From Mobula hypostoma (Eukaryota): 64,000 nucleotides of DNA. Position numbers and translations under genes: made by a program. The notes below the pieces were generated by a model. That model was not told where the DNA came from. It ran no database searches and saw nothing but the letters and a program-made list of their open reading frames with translations. Shown piece by piece: positions 36,760-48,970 of the stretch. Numbering within the stretch: position 1 is the first letter of the stretch; the number at the start of each line of letters is the position of its first letter. The stretch covers positions 137,146,001 to 137,210,000 of the forward strand of contig NC_086097.1 of assembly GCF_963921235.1 (NCBI RefSeq). The letters are read 5' to 3'.

Positions 36760-37975
36760 CTCACTAGTCTTTACAGATACATCATAGCAAGCATCCTATC
36801 CAGATCCATAACGGCTTAGTCTGGCCTGCCCAAGCCCGCAAGTGATTGCAGAGAGTGCATCATGCAATCCAACCTCCCTTCTGCTGACTTCAGCTACCCT
36901 TCCCACTGCCTTGGGAAAACATCTAGCGTTATCAAGGACCCCTCCCTCCTACCCAGTCATTCTTTCTTCTACCCCCTCCCATTGGGTAGAAGATATAAAA
37001 GTTTGAGAACATGAGCCACCAGGCACAAGGACTGTTTTGATCCTGCTGTTATGAGACTCATTAATGGACCCCTAGTGCACAAAAATATGAAATCTTGATC
37101 TCTCAATCTCAATATGAAGAGGAGAAGATGGCGGTGCGACGCAGCACGCAGCAGCCACTCTGGTGATGAATATCTGTTATCTGTCAAGTAGGGTGCCATG
37201 CTCAATCCTGATTTGATGGAGACAGACATGATAGCACGGAGGAACATCTGGTGAAACTTCTGAAATGCCTGTTTCGCTGCTGCTGCTACTGTGTGAACCA
37301 GAATCTCCGGAGGGGACGGCCCCGAGTCCTTAGCTTTGCTTGTTGCTCGGCGGCCGGGGGCGGGGTCGAAGCGCTCGGCAGAGATGGTGCTCGGTGCTCA
37401 GTGTCGGAGGGCTGGTCAGAGGCTCAAAGTTTTCAGACGGACTCAGATTCAGCTGTGGTTGGGTGCTGCATCGGCAAGTTTACGGCACTGGAGGTTCATG
37501 GCAGGGAGAGTTCCTCCCTTCTACTGTCTGCGTGAGATGATGGGCTATCTGGACTTTGATACTTTTTTTTTTACCGTGCCCACGGTCTGCTCTCCATCAA
37601 ATTACGGTATTGCTTTGCACTGTTGTAACTATATGTTATAACTATGTGGTTTTTGTCCGTTTTAGTCTTGGTCTGTCCTGTGTTTCTGTGATATCATACT
37701 GGAGGAACATTGTATCATTTCTTAATGGATGCAATTTTAAATGACAATAAATGAGGACTGAGTGTCCTCATAATCTAATAATAATCTAATCTAACTTGTC
37801 ATGGCCCTTGCACTTTATTTGTCTACCTGCACTGCACTCTCTCTGTAACACTTTATTCTGTTCTCTTTTTATTAACTCAAAGTACATATGTACAGAATGC
37901 TCTGTCTGGGTGGCACAGAAAAGAATGCTTTTCAATGCATTTTGGTAAATATAACAATAATAAACCAATTACCAA
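36760..37975 (+). mobile_element. Old Rex1-type 3' fragment, interrupted by the element at 37112-37792
   Basis: atcaaggacccctc..cc..catcctc...cccctcccattggg.agaagatataaaagtttga before the insertion; the 3'UTR resumes at 37793 and ends acaataataaacca. Confidence 0.6.
37112..37792 (+). mobile_element. Non-coding non-autonomous retroposon (LINE-derived/SINE-like) with a 3' stem-loop and (TAATC)n tail
   Basis: Starts with AAGATGGCG (37125-37133), CpG-rich body without a credible ORF, AATAAA, hairpin ATGAGGAC-TGAGT-GTCCTCAT (37751-37771), then taatct repeats. Confidence 0.65.
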
Positions 37976-38209
37976 TGGTACTTCAGCATTTGGAACAGAC
38001 ACTCTCAGTCTGCTCTTCAGATCAAATTGGGATCAGTTTTTGGGCCACGTGGTCCTGGATAGTTTGGCCTCCAAATTGCAAGTATATCTAAGATATCACA
38101 TCACAGCCCAAGAACAAAGCAAGACTCTGGTGGGCAGCTACCACCCTACCAATCATGACAACAAATTCTGAAGGTCCCACTGCACTTTGTTTGCAGGTCT
38201 GTAGATTGG

Positions 38210-39560
38210 TTCAAAGATTCATTCATTATCAAAGTATACAACTCTGAAATTCTTCTTCTCCAGGTAGCCATGAAACCAAGAAAAGAATGGCAGCACGATC
38301 ATCAACCCCAAAATCCCTCCTCCCTGCACAAAAATGAACAAAATGGACAGGCACATCGACCCCCAAATCCCCCTCCCCCACACAAAAAAACGAGAAAGAT
38401 CAGGCAAAAAAAAACACAGAATATAGAAATACTGAAAAAGTCTATAGTCCAAGTCCATATCCAAAACGCAGAAAACCTGTTACCAACTCAAACTGAGTGG
38501 TGCACATTAGTGAGATTCATAGAGCCAGCCTGAGTAATGAGTAATTAATGAGTCCATGAGTAATGGACACAAACCAATCCATCGTGCTGTCCTCCCCAAC
38601 ATTGTCAGCACCTACAGGAGACACCGACTGAAGAAAATGGAATCCATCATCGAGGAACCCCACCATCCGGGCTAGGCCTCTTTCTCTGAAGACCTATCCT
38701 GGGACCAACATATACAAAGAAGACATACCAGCAGCTGCATTTCATGAGGAGATTGAGGAGGTTTGATAGGTCACTAAGGACGCCAGCAAACGTCTAGAGA
38801 CGTGCCATAGAGAGCATTCTAACTGGTAGCATCACTGGCTGGTACGGAGGGGCCACTGCACAGAATTGGGGGAAAAAAGTTGCAGAGTTGTGAACTCATC
38901 CAGATCCATCATGGGTACAGCTTCCTCATCATCAAGGACCTCTTCAAAAGGCAATGTCTCAAAAATGCATTAAGGACCCCCATCACCAGGACATGCCCTC
39001 TTCTCATTGCTGCTATCAGAGAGGAAGTACAGGAGCCTAAAGACACACACTTACTGTTTCAGGAACAGCTTCTTCCCCTACACCATCAGTTGGCAATGAA
39101 CCAACCCATGAACATTCTCTCACTCTTTTGCACTGCTTGCATAATGTTATATATATTGTAATTTATAGTCGTTTTTATGTACTGCTGCCACAAAACAACA
39201 CATTCCATGACATATGCAATGATATTAAAGTTGATTCTGATTAAAACAATGGAGCAGTAGGTTCGGGACATTGAAGTCTCACGCCAGCAGGTTCAGGAAC
39301 AGCTACTTTCCTATAACCTGAAAAGACCTTGAACCAACCCGTACAACTCTAACCCTACCTCAGCAATGGAACACCACAGATTATCCCGTGCACTACTTTG
39401 AGTTTCTCTCCTTTTTGGCATTCATTTTTGCTATCTTTGCTTTACTCCCTTGTATAATTCATGTACAGTTATGTGTTGCCTGTGCCTACACGCCTGAATC
39501 GCAGCCGCAAGCAAGTTTTCAATTCACCGTGCTGGCGCACATGACAATAAAGTCAACTTG
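38210..39560. mobile_element. Cluster of degenerate LINE 3' fragments (mostly Rex1-type)
   Basis: Repeated ttcaggaacagcttcttcc, gagagcattctaactgg..gcatcac..ctggtacgg and atgacaataaa motifs; a minus-strand tail at 38210-38480. Confidence 0.6.
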
Positions 39561-39569
39561 ACGACTTAC

Positions 39570-40700
39570 CGTCCCCTGACCGCAGGGTAACCAACCCTCT
39601 CCGGACTAGCCGGGCTAACGCAGTTGCCAAGGGCCGCACTCTCCAAGGTAGGGTGATGTGGCGAAACACTTCCTGCGGAGTTGGGTCCCGCTACTGTGTG
39701 ATGAGGACCTCCCCCCGCCAAGGGGCAAAGATTCAAATGCCTCCTCAGGGAGAGCTCAATTTTTGTTGGGGGGGCAAAAAGGGATTTAAAGAAAACTTCA
39801 TTCAGAAAACTTCCCCGACACGAAGTGCTTTGTGCACTTTTCCTGCGAACACAAAGCCACATAGTACTACCCGCGGCTGGATAGGGGAATCTTGGCGAGA
39901 AATCTGAATCAAACTTTGGTTTGCATGCCGAGGCGACGGCTGTCTCTCCCTCTCCGGGCAAGTACCCACCAGCACTCCCGGGAACAGACGTGCCTCCCAC
40001 CGCACCTTACATCGAGCAGCTCACGGAGTCTGGTTAGTTTGGAGAGGACAGCTCCAGCGGACAGAAACAACGCGAGCTCACTTCACAGTCAAAGGAGCGG
40101 CGCGGAGGATGCGTCCCGCTTCTCGCTGCGGGAACCTGAACATTTGCAGCCAGTGTGAACGCCCCAAGTTAGAACCTCACACAGCACGTACGCAGCGAGA
40201 GCGCTGGGGAGTCCTTATTCGAAATTAAAAAACGCTTACCTTGGGGAACGGTGGCAGGATCTTTCTTTAACGTGGCTTCCTATCTCTGGCCACAAGTGAA
40301 CCTCGCTCAATGTGTGGGACTACGAGACCTTCTCATTCTTTCTCTCTCCTCTTCTTCGCTCCTCCCTCCTTTGGAAAGTGAGAGACAGACGAGCCCAAAA
40401 CCCAGACACCTCCCAACGCCACCCTCTCACCCTTTAGGTGTACGCCCCAACCAATGGGGGAATCCCAGCATCACATCCCAAACCCTGATTGATAGCGCCT
40501 TTAAAAGACACGTGGAGACTTTCTAAACAGGGAGTACCAGTTCCCTGGGCTGGATGACATCCCCGCGGTCACGCCTGGTGCAATAATATACAGTACTGGA
40601 ATCAAGATGGACTCTGCCCACACGCAACATTGTGGTGTGGCCGCTTGCCTTTCAACGCGACCGAATATCTGAACAGGAAGGCAGATTTATCCCTGGGGTG
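39570..40700 (-). promoter_or_regulatory. CpG-rich promoter region of the COL14A1-like gene
   Basis: Visible CpG enrichment in non-repeat DNA. CCAAT at 40451-40455, kB-type site GGGGAATCCC at 40457-40466, E-box CACGTG at 40509-40514, GC-box-like CGCCCC at 40443-40448. Confidence 0.6.
40240..40400 (-). other. COL14A1: Putative non-coding first exon (5'UTR) of the COL14A1-like gene; 5' end/TSS approximate
   Basis: Strong donor AAG|GTAAGC (GT at 40239-40238) inside the only CpG-rich unique region upstream of the ATG exon, which carries its own acceptor and so needs an upstream exon. Confidence 0.55.
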
Positions 40701-40729
40701 TGGGGGGAGGCTTCGCTCTTGGACCAAAG

Positions 40730-41680
40730 TTCAAAGTGAAATTTATTATCAGAGTACATACATGTCACCACATACAACCCTCAGATTTTTCTTTCTGCGG
40801 GTGCACTTAGCCAATCTATAGAACAGTAACTGTAAACAAACTCTGCAAATGTAAACAAATAGCAATAAATAACGTGCATGAAATAAGAATATAACAGAGT
40901 CCTTAAGTGAGTGTAGCTATCCCCTTTTCTTCAAGAGCCTGATGGCAGCAGCGAGAAGAGACCAATCAAGGTGGTGAGCATCTTTGAAGAAGGACGCTGC
41001 TTTTCTACGGCACGTTGCATGCAGGTGTGCTCAGTGGTTGGGAGGGTTTTACCCGTTCATCCACTACCTTTTGTAGGAGTTTCCGCTCAAAGGCATTGGT
41101 GTTCCCATACCAGGCCGTAATGCAACCAGTCAGCACACTTTCCACCGCACATCTGTAAAAGTTTGCTAAGGTTTTCGATGACATGGCGAACCTCGGCAGA
41201 CTCCTGGGGAAGACGAGGCGCCGTCGTGTTTCTCCGCAATAATATTTATTTGAAGCAATCTTCTTACGGGCTGATTAGCGACCCTCTTCCCTTGGTCTAA
41301 AAGCTAACACTTTGTATTTTGGAAATACTGCGGTAGTTGAGGCAGGCACAATTCCGACATTTCAAAGGGCATTAATTGATAAATTGATTTATTATTGTCA
41401 TCGTACTGGAGTACAGTGAAAAACTTTATTTTGCATGCCGCCCATACGGATCATTTAGTTACATCCGTACATCAAGGTTCTGCAAGGAAACACAGTAACA
41501 GAACACAGGCATAATAGTACGGTACAAGCCAAAACGTAGTGAGGTCAAGAGACCATCTCATCCTACAAGAAGTCCCTTCAGTAGTCTTACATCATCAGGA
41601 GAGAAGCAGGCCTTGCTCCTGGTGGTACAGTACATGCTTTCAGGTGTTCGTATCTTCTGCCCCCAGGGAGAGACCGTAAG
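40730..41680 (-). mobile_element. Two Rex1-type 3' fragments immediately upstream of the promoter
   Basis: ttcaaagtgaaatttattatc and tttattattgtca tails; cccataccaggccgtaatgcaaccagtcagcacactttccac (reverse strand VESVLTGCITAWYG). Confidence 0.65.
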
Positions 41681-42213
41681 ATCGAGTCTGCCCCGCCAAT
41701 TCACCAGGGCTGATCATTTTTTCCCTCTCAGCTCCAATCTCCTGGTATCCTTTCATACCCCGACTAATCAAGAATCTATCAACAAGAGAGAATGTATTTG
41801 ACTGCTGGCTGCTTTACCAGGGCAGTAAGAAGAGTCCATGGATAGGGACGTTTTAGAGGAATACGGCCAGCCGCAGGTAACTGGAACTAGCTCAGGTGAG
41901 CACCCTGGACAGTATGGACGGGTTGAGCCAAAGGAGCCGTCTCCAGGCAGGATTACTCTGTGACTAACGGAGTAAAAACCTTTCAAAGCAGTGTTATCAG
42001 GCAGCAACCCAAATAAATCTGGCAGCTAAACAAATACCTGATGGGTTGTGAGAAACTTCTTACTGGATGACATGGGGAACTTCCAGAACATGGAGCTCAG
42101 TAGGTGAAAGGATGGCCACCAGTGGGGCAAATCGGGAATATTCCAGAGTCAGAACTGGAGGAACATGGAGGTTCCAGAGGGTCCCGTTCACAGAAGGAGA
42201 GCAGAGAGTATTC

Positions 42214-42831
42214 GGGGGGGGGGGAGAGGGGGGGGGGAAGAGAGGGGGGAGAGAGGGGGGGGGAGAGAGGGGGGGGAAGAGAGGGGGGGAAAGAGAGGGG
42301 GGGAAAGAGAGGGGGGGAAAGAGAGGGGGGGAAGAGAGGGGGGGAAAGAGAGGGGGGAAGAGAGGGGGGGAAAGAGAGGGGGGAAAGAGAGGGGGGGAAA
42401 GAGGGGGGGAAGAGAGGGGGGGAAGAGAGGGGGGGAAGAGAGGGGGGGAAGAGAGGGGGGGAAGAGAGGGGGGGAAGAGGGGGAGAGAGGGGGGAAGAGA
42501 GGGGGGAAGAGGGGGAGGGGAAGAGGGGGGGAAGAGAGGGGGGGAAGAGAGGGGGGGAAGAAGAGGGGGGGAAGAAGAGGGGGGAAGAGAGGGGGAGGAA
42601 GAGGGGGGAAGAGGGGGGAAGAGGGGGGAAGAGGGGGGAAGAGGGGGGAAGAGGGGGAGGGGAAGAGGGGGGAAGAGGGGGGAAGAGAGGGGGGAAGAGA
42701 GGGGGGGAAGAGAGGGGGGGAAGAGAGGGGGGGGAAGAGAGGGGGGGGGAAGAAGAGGGGGGGGAAGAGAGGGGGGGAGGAAGAGGGGGGGAAGAGGGGG
42801 GGGAAGAGGGGGGGGAAGAGGGGGGGAGAGA
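42214..42831 (+). repeat. Pure polypurine (G/A-only) low-complexity array, ~(GGGGGGAAGAGA)n / (GGGGGAAGA)n
   Basis: About 618 nt with no C or T on the + strand. The G/E/R/K-rich ORFs here are its translations. Confidence 0.95.
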
Positions 42832-44529
42832 TTCAGACAGGGGGTTTAGGCTGGAACAATCCAGCAGCCAGAGGCTGAATCCTGAAGCTATTTATGAGGC
42901 CAGCCCAAACGAGAATCAGCTGCCTCAACAAAAACTGGGGAAAACTGGAAAATCTGGAATAAGGAGCATAGACCAGACCATAAACCAGAATGCGGATTTC
43001 ACGGACCGGACCATGACAATGACTCCAGAAGTTTGGTTCAGGTGGTAGGTGTGAGGCTGAACCTCAGACTTGTCATAGCTGATTTTTTAAAATTCATGCA
43101 CATTTAAGCAGCACACAAGTTGTAACAGGGTTGGAGACTGTGACTTTATGGAGATGAAAGCAGATGGTCTTAGTGATCGGTGGAATGTGGGTTGTCAGAT
43201 TGGGAGGGGGAGAATGCAGAGTGCTTGGAAGCTTACAGGACAGATGGGGGGGGTTAAGATTTCAGAATGAAGGCAGATAAGGGGCCAAGAAGAGCATTAG
43301 GAACCCTTAAAAGGGATATAAACAAATCTGATCCTTAGTAGCCTTTCAGAATCACATCCAATTCATACTTAAAGATGTAGATTTCCTGAGTTCTCTCCAG
43401 CAATAATCTCCAAACCACAGTGGCCAGAGTTAGCAATTCTTGCTCTTTTTCAATCCACAATTTCTGAAGTACACTGTTCGGACTCTCTGGTGACAGAACA
43501 AATTCACCTATTGATGTAGTAATAATAAACTTCCATCACATCAACTATCTTGTAGGTCAAAAGGATATTTTAAAAAAACTCAGGGGGCTCTTTAGCTATC
43601 AAGCCTCTTTGAATGTGCTAACCTGCAAATCTCTTTTCCCCCTTGCCTTGCCCCAAAGCCCTGTAAGCGTTTCCTTTTCAAGTAGATACATTACCTTATG
43701 AAAGAGTCTGCTGGATTCTTTTCCACTGCCTTTACTGGCAGTGCGTCCCAGATCACAACTCGCTGCTTGGAAAAACATTTCTCATCTCCTCCCAACTGCT
43801 CTCAGTCTGTACGCTTTGATTCCTGATCCATTTGCAGATTGGAATAGTTTCTCTTATTCTTACCAAACTCGGTGGTGATTTTGCAAGAAAATATCCAAGT
43901 TGGATTGTTTGAAAACTGAAGAGGTCCTGGACAAACCACGTGGTAGTTGTTTACACAGCAGAGTATATAACAGGTGATGCAACTCAAACCCCCTTGATAG
44001 GCATCCAGGCTGCCTAAATTCCTGGTTTAGCCTCCGCCCACTTATTCCAAAAGCCGTCTGTAAGCTCCCCGAAAGGGCATAAAAATCTGTGAATGTTATT
44101 CCCCATAGATATGTAGCGTGAATCTTTCAGTAACATTTGGCAGTTTCATTCCTCACTTGTAACCAGCGCTGAGAAATTTATGCCTCTGATGACAGCAAGA
44201 TTAACCGAGCCTGTCGTAGATTAGTCTCAGCTTGCAAAGAAGCCATGTCTCCAGTACTATTGGAAAGCGTTCAGATATAATCATTAGTTTATAATCAGCG
44301 GTATCACCAGAGCACAGAAGATGTTAAATACGGACAGCATCAGTAACAGGTCTTCCTCCATAATTACCCTAACGCGGCTGGTAACGCTGAGCGTGCCCTG
44401 CGGATCTGTGACGAGCCGGCACTGGAGCAAGGTAATTCATTACAAAATGCCCTTTGCAGACCTAGTCATTACTTTTATTGAAGTTGTTTTACTGTTTTAA
44501 ACAGTTTAAAACTGCCCAATGAATCGCTG

Positions 44530-45075
44530 TAAGAAAAGTGCCCAAAAAAGGCCAACAACATTGTGAAGGATTCGACCCACTCCGCTGTTATGGACTGTTT
44601 GTCCTGTTACCATCAGGGAGGAGGCTACATAGCATTCATGCCAGGACCACCAGACTCAAAAACAGTTACTTTCCCCAAGCAGTAAGTCTAATATACTCCG
44701 CCACCCATTAAACCCCCATACACCCCCCACCACCTATATCATTCCGTCAGTCACCTTATATACAGACACTCCTGGGCCTAGCATCACTTTATGTACATAC
44801 AATCAATCTATGTATGGAAGCTATCTCATATATTTACACTTATTACATTTTTTAAATTATTGTGTTCATTATCTTATTGTGTTTTATTGTGCTGCATCGG
44901 ATCCGGAGTAACAATTATTTGATTCTCCCTTACTCTTGCGTACCGGAAATGACATTAAATACCTTGAATCTTCACATTTAAATTCTCAGACTTTAACAAT
45001 CACTAGTTTTGTTCTTTTAACGCCCTCTTGTCTCCCTGTTCTGCACTTTCTCTGTAACTGTAACACTATATTCTA
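44530..45075 (+). mobile_element. Rex1-type 3' fragments
   Basis: ccatcagggaggaggcta...accaccagactcaaaaacagttactttcccc and a 3'UTR ending aatgacattaaa..cttgaatctt. Confidence 0.6.
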
Positions 45076-45084
45076 CTTTATAGA

Positions 45085-46860
45085 TCATAAAATAATGAGC
45101 TATAGGAACAGAATTAGGCCATTCAGCCCATCTAGACTGCTCTGCCATTTCACCATGGCTGATCCATTTTCCCTCTCAGCCCAAATCTCCTATCATCTCC
45201 CCCGTATCCCTTCATACCCTGACCGATCAAGAATTTATCAACTTCTGCCTTAAATATACATAAAGACTTGGCCTCCGTAGCTGCCTGTGGCAATGAATTC
45301 CATGGATTCACCATTCTATGGCTAAAGAAATTCCTCCTCATCCCGTTCTAAAAGGACGCCCCTCTATTCTGAGGCTGTGTCCTCTGGTCTTGGACGCTCC
45401 CACCATAGGAAACATCCTCTCCACATCCACTCAAGGCCTTCCACCATTCAAAAGGTTTCAATTAGGTCACCCCTCATTCTTATGAATTCCAGTGAATACA
45501 GGCACAGAGCCATCAAATATTCTTCATATGACAAGCTGTTCAATCCTGGAATCAATTTTGTGAACCTCCTTTGGACCCTCTCCAGTTTCAGCACATCCTT
45601 TCTAAGATAAAGGGCACAAAACTGCTCACAATACTCCTCACCAGTGCTTTATAAAGTCTCAGCATTATATCCTTGTTTTTATATTCTAGTCCTCTTGAAA
45701 TGAATGTTAACACCGCATTTGCCTTCCTCACCACAGACTCAACCTGCAAATTAACCTTTAGGGAATCTTGCACAGGGACTCCCAAACCACTTTGCACCTC
45801 AGAATTTTACATTTTCTATCCACTTAGATCTTTTCTTCTACCATTTCTTCTACCGAAGTGCATGACCATACACTTCCTGACATTGAATTCTATCTGCCAC
45901 TTCTTTGCTCATTCTCCTAATCTACTTCCTACTTCCTTCTGTAGCCTCTCTACTGCCTCAAAACTTCCTCCACCTATCTTCATATCATCTGCAAACTTTG
46001 CAACAAAGCCATCAATTCCATCATCCAAAACATTAACATATAACGTAAAAAGAATCAGTCCCAACACAGTCCCCCATGGAACACCATTAGTTACCAGCAG
46101 CAAACCAGAAAAGGCTCCCTTTATTTCCACTCTGCCTCCTGCCAATCAGCCACTGCTTTATCAATGCTAGAATCTTTCCTGTAATACCTTGGGCTCATAT
46201 CTTGTTAAGCAGCCTCATGTGTGACACTTTGTCAAAAGCCTTCTGAAAATCCAAGTACACGACATCAACCAATTCACCATTGTCTATCCTGTTTATTGTT
46301 TTTTCAAAGAATTCCAAAACATTTGTCAGGCAGGACTTTCCCTTGTGGAAACCATGCTGACTTTGGCCTATTTTATCATGTGCCTCCAAGTACCCTGAAA
46401 CTACATCCTTAACAATTGACTCCAACATCTTTCCAACCACTGAGGTCAAACTGACTGGTCTATAATTTCCTTTCTTCTGCCGCTCTCCCTTCTTGAAGAG
46501 TGGAATGACATTTGCAATTTTCCAATCTTTTGGAACCATTCCAGACTCATTAATGAATTTAATTAATTAATTAAATTAATTTATTAAATTAATTAATTTC
46601 AGAATCATTAGATTCTTGAAAGGTCATTACTATGCCTCCACAATCTTTTCATCCGCCTCTAAGAACCATAGGGTGTAGTCCATCTGGTCCAGGTGAGTTT
46701 TCTACCTTCAGACTTCCCAGTTTCCTAAGAATCTTCTCTCTAGTAATGATAACTTCACATTCTTCATGATCCCTGATACCTAGAACTTCCACCATATTGC
46801 TAGTGCCTTCCACAGTGAAGACTGACGCAAAATACTTAATTAGTTTGTCCACCATTCCCC
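45085..46860 (-). mobile_element. CR1 LINE, 5'-truncated RT domain with frameshifts
   Basis: SPGPDGLHP.VL, P.DWKIANV.PLFKKG.R...GNYRPVSLTSVVGKMLE, YLDFQKAFDKV.H, GVP.G.VLG, KFADD.KIG, MRRNFFS.R.VN.WNSLP and the 3' tail. Confidence 0.92.
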
Positions 46861-48359
46861 TTGCACTACTTCAATGTACTGATATCATGAAATGAAATGT
46901 ATGGATGGCATGCTAAACAAAATTTTTCACTGTGCTTCAGTACGTGTGACAATTTACCCAACTTACCAGTTTACTTGGTATTTTGAAATTAGGATCAGAA
47001 GGAAAACAAAATAGACCACATCCAAGTCAACAGATTTAAGTTAAAGACCTAATTGAATGATTTGTACAGATTTGAGGGGCTGAGTGGCCCTTCAGGACAA
47101 ATTGTTCCTGAATGTCAAACCAGCACAGTTCTGCGTCCTTCTCTGTCATTGACCTGCTGACTTTGGCTCTGGGTAGCCAGCTGTGTCAACTCCACTTTTC
47201 CCAGTTTCTACTTTTTATTCAGTCACTTGTCTGGAAGTTCAATAGGTCAACAGCCTTCCTCTGTTGCGCAGAGAAAGTGTCTCACCTCATTTGTACTGCT
47301 CCCAGTCTCTCAGCACACTCCTACATCTCATCTTAGTTGGTGCAGATACCAGTACCTTTGACACCATGTCTCAGTGCTAAAATATCTTGTGTTGTCCTAA
47401 GAACAGCTGAAGAATAGCCAATACTACAGGCAAAACTAACATTATGCTGTATTAAACTAGAAGAACTTACAGAGACAGAAGGTTAATTTTATGTATAGGT
47501 TACGAGAAAATACTTCGAGCATGTTCAATATTAACTCTGTAAAAACATTTACACAGGAGTCAAGTTAGTTACATAGTGCAACTCTTAGTGGGAGTCACTC
47601 ACAATATAGTATGAGCCACACACTGTATATTGCAGTGTTCCTATATTCCCATAGCACAAATGCAATGTATGTGTTGAAGAAAAACGAAGTGAATATTGGG
47701 TCAGGGAAGTAGATATCAGTCTGTTTTGCAATCCCTCCAATGTATATTGTTACCCACTCTCTCCATTCTGATTCCCATGAGCTTACAGGCAGACACCAGC
47801 TAGCCCTACATGCAGCTCCAGAAAATCCACTGGTGTTATTTTCCTAACATTTTTTTTGTTTTTAATGGGAGAGAGGTTGATTAATGCCCTTGTTCCTTGA
47901 GGCTAACACTGGAGTCCTTCTTCAGCCCTGAAACTCTACCCAGCAAGAAGCACGCCTGTTCCACGTCCACAGTATTTTATTGTGCAGTGCCCTACATTAC
48001 ACTTATCGATGTAATCTTAGCGGGGTCTGACGTTGGGAGGGGAGAGGGGGCAACTGGAATCTGTGAAGGCAGATGCTTGTGTACCACAGTGCCAGGACTG
48101 GTCCAGCAGGTCAGTGCATGTAACCTGTTCCAGCTAGTTTGAGCTGAGCTCTGTGAGGGTTAGTTTAGGCAGACATCCTTGACACTCAACATTGTTAGGA
48201 GAAAGAAAATTTCAAAAGTGACTGTAGTTGGAGGTTTGAACAATGGCTTGAACAAAGAAGGGAAACTTCACACTCTCTGTTACGCAATGAACAGTCTTTT
48301 ACACTCTAGTTACTCCCAGCCTTTCAGCCTTTTTAACCGTGGTATTTCTGTCACTATAT

Positions 48360-48970
48360 TATATTCAAGGTTCAAAATTTAAGATAATTTATCGTCATAC
48401 ATGAGTGGAAAGGAGAACAAAATTATTGTTACTCCGGATCTGATGCAGCAAAATGACGCAATAGGAATAAAATAGCAATAAATATTAATATAAAAGCAAT
48501 CCTATATACTAACCCTACAATCCGTACTAGAAATTATAGGAAGTTGTCACCAAGCCTTTATTTGATTCACTAAACTTATGTTTCAAGTTGAAGTTTATTG
48601 TCATGGGTATAACCTACGCTGGGTGTTAATGGATTTTTGCAGCAGCAGCAGCACAGTACATTACAAATCCAAATTACATAAACATAAATTATACATAACG
48701 TACATGACAAAATAAACTAAAATAAACATATTGACATTTGAGTGCAAGTGGAGGGAAATATAGTTCAGGAATTAGAGCTGTTACGGTCAGTTCAAGAACC
48801 TGTGGCAGTGTTGTTGAATCTTGAGGTGTGAGTGTCCAGTCTCTCGTAGGTCCTGCTTGATGGTGGCGATGAGAAGAGGAGGTGGGGGTCCTTCATGATG
48901 GATGATACCTTCGAGAGACATCACCTCTTGTGGATGGCCTGGACGGTGGGAAGAGCTGTAACTGTGGTGG
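48360..48970 (-). mobile_element. Degenerate Rex1-type 3' fragments
   Basis: ttcaaggttcaaaa..tttat and tttattgtcat tails; gttcaagaacctg..gcag...cctgcttgatgg...ggggtccttcatgatggatg. Confidence 0.5.

Noticed and set aside
42067..43048. Gly-rich ORFs that might be mistaken for collagen or RGG proteins
   Set aside because: Translations of a G/A-only tract; no Gly-X-Y periodicity with Pro, and on the opposite strand to the collagen gene.
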